Origin: Candidatus Gastranaerophilales bacterium
GTDB lineage: Bacteria > Cyanobacteriota > Vampirovibrionia > Gastranaerophilales > Gastranaerophilaceae
Length of the DNA: 45,362 bases
Assembly (NCBI GenBank): GCA_947585605.1
Contig: CANPXC010000001.1
Location: 1 to 45,362 of the forward strand
Reading direction: 5' to 3'
Part shown: positions 34,461 through 44,247 of the stretch, piece after piece
Position numbering within the stretch: position 1 is the first letter of the stretch
Layout: each line of letters opens with the position of its first letter
The notes under the pieces: generated by a model
Databases searched by the model: none
The model's input: the letters and a program-made list of their open reading frames with translations, nothing else
Told to the model about the DNA's origin: nothing
Program-made: the position numbers and the translations under genes

Positions 34461-36194
34461 ATGAAAAAATTTATAATAGCTGTTTTAGTTTTAAATTCAA
34501 TGGCAATGGTTTCGTTTGCGCAGCCAATATATGATAATAAATATGGTTCGGCGAAATCTGCTATTCAGCCTTCATCCTTTAACTTGAATAATACTGTCAC
34601 GCAGGTTGGAAATATTGATTACAATGCCGCTATCAGTGAGCTGCAAAGTAAAATCTCTCAAAATCCGAATGATAATTCTTTATATATTTCTCTTGCTGAA
34701 CTTTATATCCGCAGTAAACAAACCGATAAAGCTTTTCAAGAGTTAATATATCTTGTAAATCAATCTAAAAAAAATAAATTAAGCAAGGAAGAGTTAAAAT
34801 CCGCAGATGATTTAGAGTATTCTTTAAACAGGCAATATAAAACAAAATCATCGGATTTATATTGTGAACTGGCTCTTTTAAACTTAATAGTACAGGATAA
34901 TGTAAAGGCTCAAGCAGCACTTTCTTATGGGACTAATTCTTCATTGTTTATTGAAACATATAAAGAAGTCTTTAATATAACCGGTGATTACAGAAGTGCT
35001 ATAGAGCTTGCTGATAACTTATTAATAAAAAATCCTAATTTAACGGAGTTGAGAAGATTAAAAGGTTTTTATCTGCTTCAATTAAATCAGGAAACTGCAG
35101 CTGCAGAGGAATTTTCAACACTTTTAATTGCAACACCGGATGATGAAGAAGTTAAATATAATCTTTATAAAATATTGAAAAAAAATAATATACCGGAAAA
35201 AGAAATTATAAAACAAGTATGTGTATCGGCTCAAGGAAACGAAGAAAAGGCGCTTAGCGAGCTTTCTGACTTGCTTTTAAAAAATAATGATTTCGCCTCA
35301 GCAAAAATTTATGCCGAAAAGCTCGTAAATAAATATCCCGAAAATGCAAACGGTTATATCGTTTTATCCGAAATATACAGACGTGAAGGCAATTTAAAAG
35401 ATTGTTATGACGTCTTAAAATTAGTCAGAGATAAAGCGGATAATAATGAAGCTATTGCAAAATATAATGTTATGCTTGCAAAACTTTCCGATGAACCTGT
35501 AAAAGAAGCTGATTTACTGATGAATAACGGTTTGTATCAGCAGGCTTTAAGTGTTCTTGAAAGTTCTAATCAAGAAAACCTTTATGTTATGCTTGGAATG
35601 GCGAGGGCTAATTATTTCCTTAACAATAAGCAAAAGACTTTTGAGCTTTTAAATAAAGCAATGTCATTGTATCCTGATAATCCTGATATGTTTTATTATT
35701 TTGCTTATATTTTTTATAAAGAAAATGATTTTGAAAGTGCAAGAAATTATATCAGTAAAGCTCTTGAGGTTTCTCCTTCTCATAAATTTTCACTTGATCT
35801 GCTTGATGTTATTAATAAAACAGAGGCTGATAAGTATTTAAATCAAATTAATTATTCTATAGACAACCAAAACTATAAAGAGGCAATGCGTTTAGTTGAT
35901 GAGGCATTAAAAATTGATTTAAAAAATTCTAATTTGTACTATTTAAAGGGTGTAATTTACATTTCATTAAATAATTATGCTGCCTCGACAGCCCCTTTAT
36001 ATAAGGCAATTGAACTCGATAAAAACAATTATTCGGCATATTACTACTTAGGTGTTGCTTTTGATAATTTATCAGAGCAAAAAAATGCACTTGAGTACTA
36101 TAAAAAATATTTGCAATATCTTCCCTCAGATGATTATGGTGAAAGCGAAAAGAAAGAATATGCTAACGTAAGAATAAAAAAACTTTCTCAATAA
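34461..36194 (+). CDS. Exported tetratricopeptide-repeat (TPR) protein
   Basis: Signal peptide MKKFIIAVLVLNSMAMVSFA (ATG 34461; the ORF track starts 6 codons earlier). Many TPR-like 34-aa units (A..Y..A...P.N...Y..LG.......A...Y.KAL). Confidence 0.7.
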   Translation: MKKFIIAVLVLNSMAMVSFAQPIYDNKYGSAKSAIQPSSFNLNNTVTQVGNIDYNAAISELQSKISQNPNDNSLYISLAELYIRSKQTDKAFQELIYLVNQSKKNKLSKEELKSADDLEYSLNRQYKTKSSDLYCELALLNLIVQDNVKAQAALSYGTNSSLFIETYKEVFNITGDYRSAIELADNLLIKNPNLTELRRLKGFYLLQLNQETAAAEEFSTLLIATPDDEEVKYNLYKILKKNNIPEKEIIKQVCVSAQGNEEKALSELSDLLLKNNDFASAKIYAEKLVNKYPENANGYIVLSEIYRREGNLKDCYDVLKLVRDKADNNEAIAKYNVMLAKLSDEPVKEADLLMNNGLYQQALSVLESSNQENLYVMLGMARANYFLNNKQKTFELLNKAMSLYPDNPDMFYYFAYIFYKENDFESARNYISKALEVSPSHKFSLDLLDVINKTEADKYLNQINYSIDNQNYKEAMRLVDEALKIDLKNSNLYYLKGVIYISLNNYAASTAPLYKAIELDKNNYSAYYYLGVAFDNLSEQKNALEYYKKYLQYLPSDDYGESEKKEYANVRIKKLSQ

Positions 36195-36465
36195 ATTTTA
36201 CAATATTTGATAATAGTACAAAAAATATTTTAATTTTGTTATCATATAAGAATGGATATCTTAAAAACATTTGAAATATTTTTATCGGCACCTATAAGTA
36301 TTATTCATAAGCGTAATATAAAAATTATGCATGTTGAAACAAATATTTTTGCGCAAAAATTGCCGATTGATATAAATTTGGATGATGATATTCAATTAAC
36401 CGTATATAATAATCAAAAAGTATATAGGCTGTTATCAACTGTAATATATAAAAAAAGATTAAAAA

Positions 36466-37056
36466 ATGAAAATAACAAAAGCAAAATTCATAACAAGCGC
36501 CCCGTCTCTTAAGGATTGTCCGGAATTAAATTTACCTGAATTCGCATTAGTCGGCCGCTCAAACGTTGGTAAATCATCTTTTATTAATGCTCTGGTTAAT
36601 ATTAAAGGACTTGCTAAAACAAGTAATACTCCGGGTAAAACAAAGTTAATTAATTTATTTGGTATTAATGACTCTTTTGTTTTTGCGGATTTGCCCGGCT
36701 ACGGTTATGCAAAAGTCAGCGGAAAAATACAAAATGACTGGCAAAAAAGTCTGGAAAATTATCTTTTAAAAAGAAATTCAATTGTCAGCTTAATTCAAAT
36801 AATTGACGCAAGACATCCTATTCAGCAAAATGATATGCAAATGGCGCAATGGATTAAATTTAATAAGTTACCTTGTTTTATTGTTGCTTCTAAAGTTGAC
36901 CAAATTTCCAAATCACAAATTTTTAATGTGTGTAAAAATTTTGAAAAAGAATTAAATCTGGAAGTCTTTCCTTTTTGCAAAACTGATAATTTCTATAATC
37001 AAAAGATAATTCAAAAAATTGAAGATATTATAAATCTCTCTGCTTCTAAAATTTAA
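36466..37056 (+). CDS. engB: Ribosome-biogenesis GTPase EngB/YsxC/YihA
   Basis: G1 GRSNVGKSS, TSNTPGKT, G3 DLPGYGYA, G4-like SKVD; length typical for the family. Confidence 0.88.
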   Translation: MKITKAKFITSAPSLKDCPELNLPEFALVGRSNVGKSSFINALVNIKGLAKTSNTPGKTKLINLFGINDSFVFADLPGYGYAKVSGKIQNDWQKSLENYLLKRNSIVSLIQIIDARHPIQQNDMQMAQWIKFNKLPCFIVASKVDQISKSQIFNVCKNFEKELNLEVFPFCKTDNFYNQKIIQKIEDIINLSASKI

Positions 37057-37472
37057 TTAATTCTTGTATTTTCCAAAAATAATCTTATACAATTTTTTAT
37101 ATTATCTGGAGTTGCATAGCTTTTTATTGCTTCAGCTTCGGAGTCTATAATTTGTGCCTGTATTTTATTATCCTTTTTTAAATTATCCGAGCTATTATAA
37201 GAAATTTGACTTTTTAATTTCTTAAAATACATAGCCGCAATAATAATCAAAACAACAGAAACTAATACAATTCCGCTGATTATTAAAATTCCGGAAGTTG
37301 TATTTATTGGTGTTACATCATTCGTGGTAACATCAACGGTGGTTTGTGTATTGACCTCCGGAGGTATTTGCGGCAAATTTAAATCCGATTGATTATTTTC
37401 AACCTCCGGTATTTCAAAATAGTTGTTGTCTTCATTATTAACAGTGTTATCTGCAATATAAATATTATACAT
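37053..37472 (-). CDS. Single-pass membrane protein, unknown function
   Basis: 139 aa with one TM helix (GILIISGIVLVSVVLIIIAAMYF). Start overlaps the RNase E/G stop by 8 nt. Confidence 0.45.
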   Translation of the reverse strand: MYNIYIADNTVNNEDNNYFEIPEVENNQSDLNLPQIPPEVNTQTTVDVTTNDVTPINTTSGILIISGIVLVSVVLIIIAAMYFKKLKSQISYNSSDNLKKDNKIQAQIIDSEAEAIKSYATPDNIKNCIRLFLENTRIN

Positions 37473-39276
37473 TTACCGCTTGTTCACTTTCTTTTATTTC
37501 ACTTTTTTTGTTTTTGGCGGGTTTTCTTCCCGGTTTTTTCTTTGATTTAACTTTATCGGTATTTGTTTCAGATGTTTTAAGTGTTAATTGAGAAGCTTCA
37601 TTTTCTTTTGATTTAGATGTTTTACGACCGCGTTTGGTTTGTTTTTGCTTGTTTTCTTCCGTCTTATTTTCAGTATTTTCAACATTTTCAGCTTTTTCAA
37701 CGATAACATTAACTTCCGATTGAGCTTCAACAGTTTCATTCTTTTCAATCGGTTGAGCTTCAATTATGTTTGAAATTTCTTCCAAAAGTTGTTCTTTTGA
37801 GTCAAATTCAATATTATTGTTTTCATTTTGTGGGTTTTGTTGTGAATTAAAATCAGATTTTTTATTGTTAAACTTAAAATTTTTCTTTTGCTGATTATAT
37901 TGATTATGCTGATTATTCTGATTTTGTTCATTATCATTCAGCGGGTTGTTATTCGGGTTGCTGAATACTTTATTTTGTTTGTAGTTGGGTGTTTTATTTT
38001 TAATTTGCTGAGCGGGAATTTTTAATTTTGCCGCTTTAGCTTTAATTTCTCCTTCAACAACGGGGGCAGATAATATTAAATCATCGGCAATATAGCCTGT
38101 ACCTTGGCAATGCGGGCATTTTTTACTGAATAATTCCGACAGGCTTTGTCCTTGTCTGTGTCTTGTTAATTCTACAAGCCCTAAATCAGATAATTGACCG
38201 ACTTGCGGTTTCGCTTTATCTTTTTCAAGCGCTATTTCAAGTTCTTCCATAATAGCAAGCTTATCTCTGCGATTATTCATATCAATAAAGTCAACAATAA
38301 CCATTCCGCCGATATTTCTTAATCTAAGCTGTCTTGCTATTTCATGAACCGCTTCAAGATTTGTTTTTACTATAGTTTCATCTTGTGTATTAGAACTTAC
38401 AAATTTACCGCTGTTTACGTCTATTACCGTTAATGCTTCCGTTGTTTGAATAAATAAATATCCGCCGCTTGGAAGATTAACTTTTGTTTGAAGCGCAGAT
38501 TTAATTTCTTTAATTATTCCTGAAGCCGTCAGAAGGTTTTCTGAGCCTTTATAAACATTGACTTCTATATTTTTATTCATATTCCAGTTTTGTAAAATTT
38601 GCTGGGTTCTGTGCATTCCGTAGGAGGTATCGAGAATTATTTCGTCAACATCTTCACTGCATGCTTCTCTCATAACTCTGTAAAGTAAATCTTGATCACG
38701 ATACAGCAAGCTGGGAGCCGGTCTTGTTTCTGCGGCTGTTACTATGGTATTCCATTTTTCGAGAAGAATTTCCATATCTTCTTGTATATCGGCATCTGAT
38801 TGACCTTCAGCTTCCGTTCTTACGATAACACCAACACCAACAGGCTTTAAAAGGCTTATTATAGATTTTAATCTTGCTCTTTCTTTTTGGGAAACTATTT
38901 TTCTTGAAACATTAATGCCGGTTTCCTGCGGCATGAGGACAAGAAAACGCCCCGGAAGACTTAATAGTGTTGATACTCTCGGCCCTTTGTGTCCTACAGG
39001 TTCTTTTACAACCTGAACGATTATTTTTTGTTTCGGTGATAATTTTTCTTTTAATGTGCCTTTTCCGATAGCGTCATGTGCGTGTAAAAAGCCCATTTTA
39101 TCATATCCGACATTTACAAACGCCGCATCTATACTTGGTAATATATTATCTACCGTTGCCAGGTAGACATCGTTTAACAGCATATCACCTCTTTGAACGT
39201 AAAATTCACATATTTTTCCGTCTTCAATAACTGCTGCTATATTATCTCTTTCCGCTACTACTATCGCTTTTGACAT
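37465..39276 (-). CDS. RNase E/G family endoribonuclease with low-complexity C-terminal tail
   Basis: S1 domain (VYLATVDNILPSIDAAFVNVG), catalytic core (IDVNSGKF, IVDFIDM), Zn-link CPHCQGTGY. The C-terminal about 180 aa are N/Q/K/E-rich. Confidence 0.88.
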   Translation of the reverse strand: MSKAIVVAERDNIAAVIEDGKICEFYVQRGDMLLNDVYLATVDNILPSIDAAFVNVGYDKMGFLHAHDAIGKGTLKEKLSPKQKIIVQVVKEPVGHKGPRVSTLLSLPGRFLVLMPQETGINVSRKIVSQKERARLKSIISLLKPVGVGVIVRTEAEGQSDADIQEDMEILLEKWNTIVTAAETRPAPSLLYRDQDLLYRVMREACSEDVDEIILDTSYGMHRTQQILQNWNMNKNIEVNVYKGSENLLTASGIIKEIKSALQTKVNLPSGGYLFIQTTEALTVIDVNSGKFVSSNTQDETIVKTNLEAVHEIARQLRLRNIGGMVIVDFIDMNNRRDKLAIMEELEIALEKDKAKPQVGQLSDLGLVELTRHRQGQSLSELFSKKCPHCQGTGYIADDLILSAPVVEGEIKAKAAKLKIPAQQIKNKTPNYKQNKVFSNPNNNPLNDNEQNQNNQHNQYNQQKKNFKFNNKKSDFNSQQNPQNENNNIEFDSKEQLLEEISNIIEAQPIEKNETVEAQSEVNVIVEKAENVENTENKTEENKQKQTKRGRKTSKSKENEASQLTLKTSETNTDKVKSKKKPGRKPAKNKKSEIKESEQAVNV

Positions 39277-39306
39277 CTTTTTTCCCTTTTCTGTACTAAA
39301 ACCTTT

Positions 39307-41808
39307 TTACAACTTGTTCATTTCTTTGTCATAAAATTCTAACCTTATAATTTGAAAATCTGTATTTGGTGCGTATATTTTTATTACATCTTCCGGTTTT
39401 ACTGAAGGAATTTCTTTTGATTGTCCTGTTTTAAGCACCAAATAAAGTATATCATCCGATATATTTATTGATTTTATTGACTGTTTTATGTTTACAAGTT
39501 TTTTTATACCTTTTTTATTTATCTTCTCTATGAATATTTCATCACTTGAAGATATTGTATTTTTAATATACAACAAATCTTCATTTTTTAAAATACCTTT
39601 TTTAAACGGTGTAAATGAATATAGCGCCCATTGTGCCGTAATATCAATGGCGGGAGTCGTTTTATCTATTTGTTCAGCTTTAACTATTCTTATATTTTTA
39701 GGTAAAACTTTATTTAATATTTCTACAAGTTTGCCACATTCAATATTATCTTGAATTTCTATATCTATAAGTTCACACCGGCTTTCCACAAATATGGGAA
39801 GTGCGATACCCAGTGAAAATTTGGGAGTGGGATTATAACCTTGTGAAAAACATAAATTTAATCCCGAACGATATAGCATTTTTACGATTGTATTTTGCCA
39901 ATCAAGATGTGAAATGTATCTCATTTCATTTTCTTTTGTAATTTGCAATCGGTATTTGTATGTAATTTGGTTCGTTTGAGGTTGTTTAATTTCTTCTTTT
40001 TGTTCGTATTTAAATGGTTTATCCGTGACTTTATGTGTTTTTAAATTTTTGCAAACACCGCAATTTACGCAGTTAAATTCACAGGGCGTTATATTTATTG
40101 CATTCATTGCGTTTTTATACTGTTCTATCAGCCAGTTTTTGTCAAGTCCGGTATCTATTATATCCCAGGGTAAAGTTTCATTTATATCATATTGTTTTTG
40201 CGCGTCTTCGTCTATATTAATCCCGCATTCGGCAGCTGTGTCCAGCCATAATTGTTTATCAATATTTTCATCCCAGCTTGAGAGATATACTCCTTTTTTG
40301 TGAAGCGAATATATAAATTTATTATATCTGTAGTCGCCTCTTGTCATTGCACATTCAAGCTTTGAGGTAAAACTGTTATGATAATTGATTTTAACCCCTT
40401 TGATTGATTTTACTTTTTCGAGAAGATACTTAATTCTGTTATAAACCTCATCTTGAGAACATTGTGCGCACCACTGAAACGGGGTAAACGGCTTGGGAAC
40501 AAATATTGATACGGTGCAGGTTAAATTAAGCCCCTCTTTTATTTCCAGTTCTTTTTTTAATATTTTTGAACGATATCTGATTTTTGAAAACAATTCTGCC
40601 ATTTCATCAATGTCTTCATAAGTTTCGGTCGGAAGCCCTATCATAAAATACAGTTTAACGTTTGAAAATCCGTTTTTATAGCAGTTTAAAATTGTATCAA
40701 TTATTTGTTCTTCCGTAAGATTTTTGTTTATAACATTTCTAAGTCTTTGGCTGCCTGCTTCCGGTGCAAGTGTTGCTGTTGTGGCTCTTACTCCTCGGAC
40801 AAGTTTTGCAAGCTTTTGGCTGTATCTGTCTATTCGCTGGCTCGGGAGTGAAACTGATACTTTCTTTTTATTCATTTTTTCTGATAAACATTCAATAACA
40901 CTTTCTATATTTACATAGTCATTTGATGACAGGGAAAGGAGTGAATATTCATCGTAACCTGTTTGCGATACGGATTTTTCCACCATTGAAATTATATCTT
41001 CAGCCTTGCGCTCTCTGACGGGGAGAGTAACGTGACCTGCTTGGCAGAATCGGCACATTCTTCCGCAACCGCGTCTTATTTCTATAATCGTTCTGTCATG
41101 CACGCTTGAAGAATATGGAACAGGTGCCTTTGTATTTTTATTACTCTTTGATATATCAAATATTCTTTTTTGTGTTTTATTCCCTAATTCCGGCGAGTAT
41201 ATTCCTTCTATTTGAGCTAATTTTAATATAATTTCTTCCCTTCTATGGGTATTTTTTAATTCTTCATATTTTTCAAGAACATCAATAATTAGTTCTTCAC
41301 CGTCGCCGACCATAAATAAATCAATGAAATCTTCAATCGGTTTTGGATTAAAACAACACGGGCCGCCCGCAATAATTAAAGGGTCTGTTTCTTTTCTTTT
41401 TTCTCTTTCCGCTGCAATATCAGACAGTCTTAGCATTTCTAATACCGTAGGGTAAGCTAATTCGTACTGAAGAGAAAAGCCGATAATATCAAATTCTTTA
41501 GCTCTTCTTTTACTCTCAAGTGCATATAATTCTTGTTTGGTTTCCGTTAAAATTTGCCTAAAATCGTTATCAGGAGCGTAAATTCTGTCGGCTAAAAACC
41601 TGTCATCACTATTTACTATGTCATATAATATTTTTTGCCCCAAATTGCTGATTGCAATCTCATATTTATCAGGAAAAGCTAATGCCATTTTAACTTTTGC
41701 CGTATCAAAATTTTTATCGTAACTTAAATATTCAGCCCCGATGTATTGGTAAGGCTTTTTTACTTTAAATAGGCTGCATTGATTTTCTACGGATAATATA
41801 TTTCCCAT
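39307..41808 (-). CDS. Radical SAM protein (B12-binding-like N-domain, TIGR03960-type) fused to a DUF2344-type C-terminal domain
   Basis: CxxxCxxC cluster motif in RGCGRMCRFCQAGH. 833 aa. The C-terminal about 230 aa (YRLQITKENEMRYISHLDWQN...) resemble DUF2344. As I recall, this gene type commonly sits next to rne/rng. Confidence 0.8.
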   Translation of the reverse strand: MGNILSVENQCSLFKVKKPYQYIGAEYLSYDKNFDTAKVKMALAFPDKYEIAISNLGQKILYDIVNSDDRFLADRIYAPDNDFRQILTETKQELYALESKRRAKEFDIIGFSLQYELAYPTVLEMLRLSDIAAEREKRKETDPLIIAGGPCCFNPKPIEDFIDLFMVGDGEELIIDVLEKYEELKNTHRREEIILKLAQIEGIYSPELGNKTQKRIFDISKSNKNTKAPVPYSSSVHDRTIIEIRRGCGRMCRFCQAGHVTLPVRERKAEDIISMVEKSVSQTGYDEYSLLSLSSNDYVNIESVIECLSEKMNKKKVSVSLPSQRIDRYSQKLAKLVRGVRATTATLAPEAGSQRLRNVINKNLTEEQIIDTILNCYKNGFSNVKLYFMIGLPTETYEDIDEMAELFSKIRYRSKILKKELEIKEGLNLTCTVSIFVPKPFTPFQWCAQCSQDEVYNRIKYLLEKVKSIKGVKINYHNSFTSKLECAMTRGDYRYNKFIYSLHKKGVYLSSWDENIDKQLWLDTAAECGINIDEDAQKQYDINETLPWDIIDTGLDKNWLIEQYKNAMNAINITPCEFNCVNCGVCKNLKTHKVTDKPFKYEQKEEIKQPQTNQITYKYRLQITKENEMRYISHLDWQNTIVKMLYRSGLNLCFSQGYNPTPKFSLGIALPIFVESRCELIDIEIQDNIECGKLVEILNKVLPKNIRIVKAEQIDKTTPAIDITAQWALYSFTPFKKGILKNEDLLYIKNTISSSDEIFIEKINKKGIKKLVNIKQSIKSINISDDILYLVLKTGQSKEIPSVKPEDVIKIYAPNTDFQIIRLEFYDKEMNKL

Positions 41809-42144
41809 TTAAGCTAAATCTTCCGGAATGTATCTTTCTATATCTATGATTTTTCCGTATTCATTCGAGGAATTAAAATTACTTAAAAATTCTAAAAGCG
41901 CCTCGTAAGGAATTTTATATTTGTAAAGTGCAGGTGTTATTCCGTTGGTCTTTAAAACAGTTACAACATAAAAACACTTTTTGGCATATTCCGTTAATAT
42001 ATCGGATTTAAAGGTATTTCCGTTTTCATCTTTTGTTAATTTAACATATTCAAAACCTTTAAATATACTGTTTTGTATATTTTCTTCCGATTTGTTGGAT
42101 TTTTTGGAAAAATCAATTATTTTATTTTCTTTATTTTCATCCAT
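41809..42144 (-). CDS. Hypothetical 111-aa protein
   Basis: ORF abutting the radical SAM start with no gap. No motif recognised. Confidence 0.4.
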   Translation of the reverse strand: MDENKENKIIDFSKKSNKSEENIQNSIFKGFEYVKLTKDENGNTFKSDILTEYAKKCFYVVTVLKTNGITPALYKYKIPYEALLEFLSNFNSSNEYGKIIDIERYIPEDLA

Positions 42145-42180
42145 TATTTTATTAAAGATAATTAATTGAAAATTGGCAAA

Positions 42181-43620
42181 TTATTTACAATTTTTGAATG
42201 CTAAATCCGGATGTCTTGCAGCAAGAGTTTCATCAACTTTTTTAACCGGTGTGTTAATCGGATGTTGAAGTACTTGCTGCGGATTGGATTTAATTTCATC
42301 AGCTATTTCAATCATTGTATTAATAAATTCATCCAGCCGTTCTTTTGTTTCTGATTCTGTAGGTTCAATCATTATTGCTTCATGCACGATAAGCGGAAAA
42401 TATACTGTCGGCGGATGGAAATTGGAATCCATTAGTCTTTTGGCTATTCCCAGCGTATTTACGCCTTGTTCTTTCTGCCATTCGCCTGATAAGACAAATT
42501 CATGCATACATTTTTGATTGTACGGCAGCAGGTAGTGTTTTTTTAGCTTATTCATCATATAATTTGCGTTTAAAACGGCATTGGAACTAACATCTTTTAA
42601 AGTATTTCCCATTAAAAGAATGTAAGCGTAAGCTTTTATAAGAACCGAGAAATTGCCGTAAAATGCCTTCATTTTTCCGATTGAATTTTTCAGATTATAA
42701 TTTCTGAAGTACTTGTTGCCGTCAAATTCAACTACGGGAACGGGAAGGAAGTCTTTTAATTTATCAATGGTCCCGACAGGCCCTGCTCCCGGGCCTCCGC
42801 CTCCGTGAGGTGTTGAAAATGTTTTATGCAAATTTATATGAACAATATCAAATCCCATAAGTTTTGGGTTTGTATGTCCCATAATTGCGTTCATATTCGC
42901 TCCGTCGTAGTATAACAAACCTCCGGCTTTATGAACCAATTCCGATATTTCTAAAATATTTTCTTCGAATAATCCTAATGTATTGGGATTAGTAAGCATA
43001 ATAGCTGCGGTATTATCATCTAAGGCGGATTTTAAAGCTTCAATATCAACCATGCCTTTTTCATTTGATTTGATTTCAACAATATTAAATCCGCACATTG
43101 CAGCACTCGCAGGATTTGTTCCGTGCGCGGAATCCGGAATAATGACATTCTTTCTTTTTTGTCCGATTGATTCAAAGTATTTTTTTACAATCATCATTCC
43201 GCATAATTCACCGTGCGCTCCGGCCGCAGGCTGCAGTGTTATTGCACTCATGCCCGTTATTTCTTTAAGCGCAAGCTGCAGATTGTACATTAATTTTAAA
43301 GCGCCCTGACAGTCTTCATCATCTTGCAGCGGATGGAGCATTGTAAATCCTTCTAATGATGCTAATAATTCATTAACTTTAGGATTGTATTTCATTGTGC
43401 AGGAGCCTAACGGGTAAAATCCTTTTTCTATGCAAAAGTTTTTATCCGACAGTTCTTTATAATGCCGCATTACTTCAAGTTCCGTTACTTCAGGTAAAAT
43501 TGATGAAGTAGTGTCATCAAGATATTTTTTATTAATAAAGCTGAAATCTATTGTTTCATCTGTTAAATTTATTCCTTCGGTACCTTTTTTTGATTTTTCA
43601 AATATTAGTTTAGTCATCAT
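42181..43620 (-). CDS. gcvPB: Glycine dehydrogenase (aminomethyl-transferring) subunit 2
   Basis: LIFEKSKKG start, PLP-lysine block NLHKTFSTPHGGGGPGAGPVG, full-length collinearity with GcvPB. Confidence 0.92.
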   Translation of the reverse strand: MMTKLIFEKSKKGTEGINLTDETIDFSFINKKYLDDTTSSILPEVTELEVMRHYKELSDKNFCIEKGFYPLGSCTMKYNPKVNELLASLEGFTMLHPLQDDEDCQGALKLMYNLQLALKEITGMSAITLQPAAGAHGELCGMMIVKKYFESIGQKRKNVIIPDSAHGTNPASAAMCGFNIVEIKSNEKGMVDIEALKSALDDNTAAIMLTNPNTLGLFEENILEISELVHKAGGLLYYDGANMNAIMGHTNPKLMGFDIVHINLHKTFSTPHGGGGPGAGPVGTIDKLKDFLPVPVVEFDGNKYFRNYNLKNSIGKMKAFYGNFSVLIKAYAYILLMGNTLKDVSSNAVLNANYMMNKLKKHYLLPYNQKCMHEFVLSGEWQKEQGVNTLGIAKRLMDSNFHPPTVYFPLIVHEAIMIEPTESETKERLDEFINTMIEIADEIKSNPQQVLQHPINTPVKKVDETLAARHPDLAFKNCK

Positions 43621-43638
43621 ATCCCCGTTTATATTTTA

Positions 43639-44247
43639 TTAATGAACTTTGCTGTATGCCAGTTTAGACCTTTGAGTTATTTCTTGTAATGAGGCATCTT
43701 TGTATAGCGCTCGTCCTAATCCGACGGCTTTAGCCCCGGCTTTTATATACGCCGGAATATCATCTATTTTAATACTCCCTGCTGCAATAACATTGATAAA
43801 ATTCATTGGTCTTAAAATATCTTCTATATATTCCGCCCCGCCCATAGGGTTAGCCGGTGATATTTTAATAAGCTGAGTGCGTGCTTTCCACGCAGAGTAT
43901 GCCTCATTTGGTGTAGTTGCCGTCATTATGAGCGGAATGCTTTTGCTTTTGCACAGTCTTACTAAATTCATTTGGAATACGGGAGAAACGATAACATCAG
44001 CTCCTGCTTCTATTGCTATTTGAGCTTGGCGCTGTGTAATTATACCTCCCGCCATAATCATCGGACGCTCGGTCTTTTTCGCTATTTTTTCAAGCTCTTT
44101 AACCATTTGAGGTGTTTGTATAACTATTTCAATAATATTTATACCGCCATCGGTTATTGCATTTACAATGCTTTCTGTTTCTTGGGCGTTTTGATTTCTG
44201 AGTACGGCAAATATTTTTTCATTTGAAATTTTTTCTATCGGCTTCAT
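43639..44247 (-). CDS. KDPG/KHG aldolase (Eda) family protein
   Basis: IIEIV..TP, GAGTV-like AGGIIT..QA..A.EAGA..IVSP, TP.EA..A, Lys in LIKISPAN, GG..Y; 202 aa. Confidence 0.7.
   Translation of the reverse strand: MKPIEKISNEKIFAVLRNQNAQETESIVNAITDGGINIIEIVIQTPQMVKELEKIAKKTERPMIMAGGIITQRQAQIAIEAGADVIVSPVFQMNLVRLCKSKSIPLIMTATTPNEAYSAWKARTQLIKISPANPMGGAEYIEDILRPMNFINVIAAGSIKIDDIPAYIKAGAKAVGLGRALYKDASLQEITQRSKLAYSKVH

Noticed and set aside
36252-36512. 86-aa plus-strand ORF in the 270-nt spacer upstream of engB
   Set aside because: It has no SD, a Lys/Ile/Asn composition typical of random AT-rich ORFs, and overlaps the engB start by 47 nt. A small real protein cannot be fully excluded.
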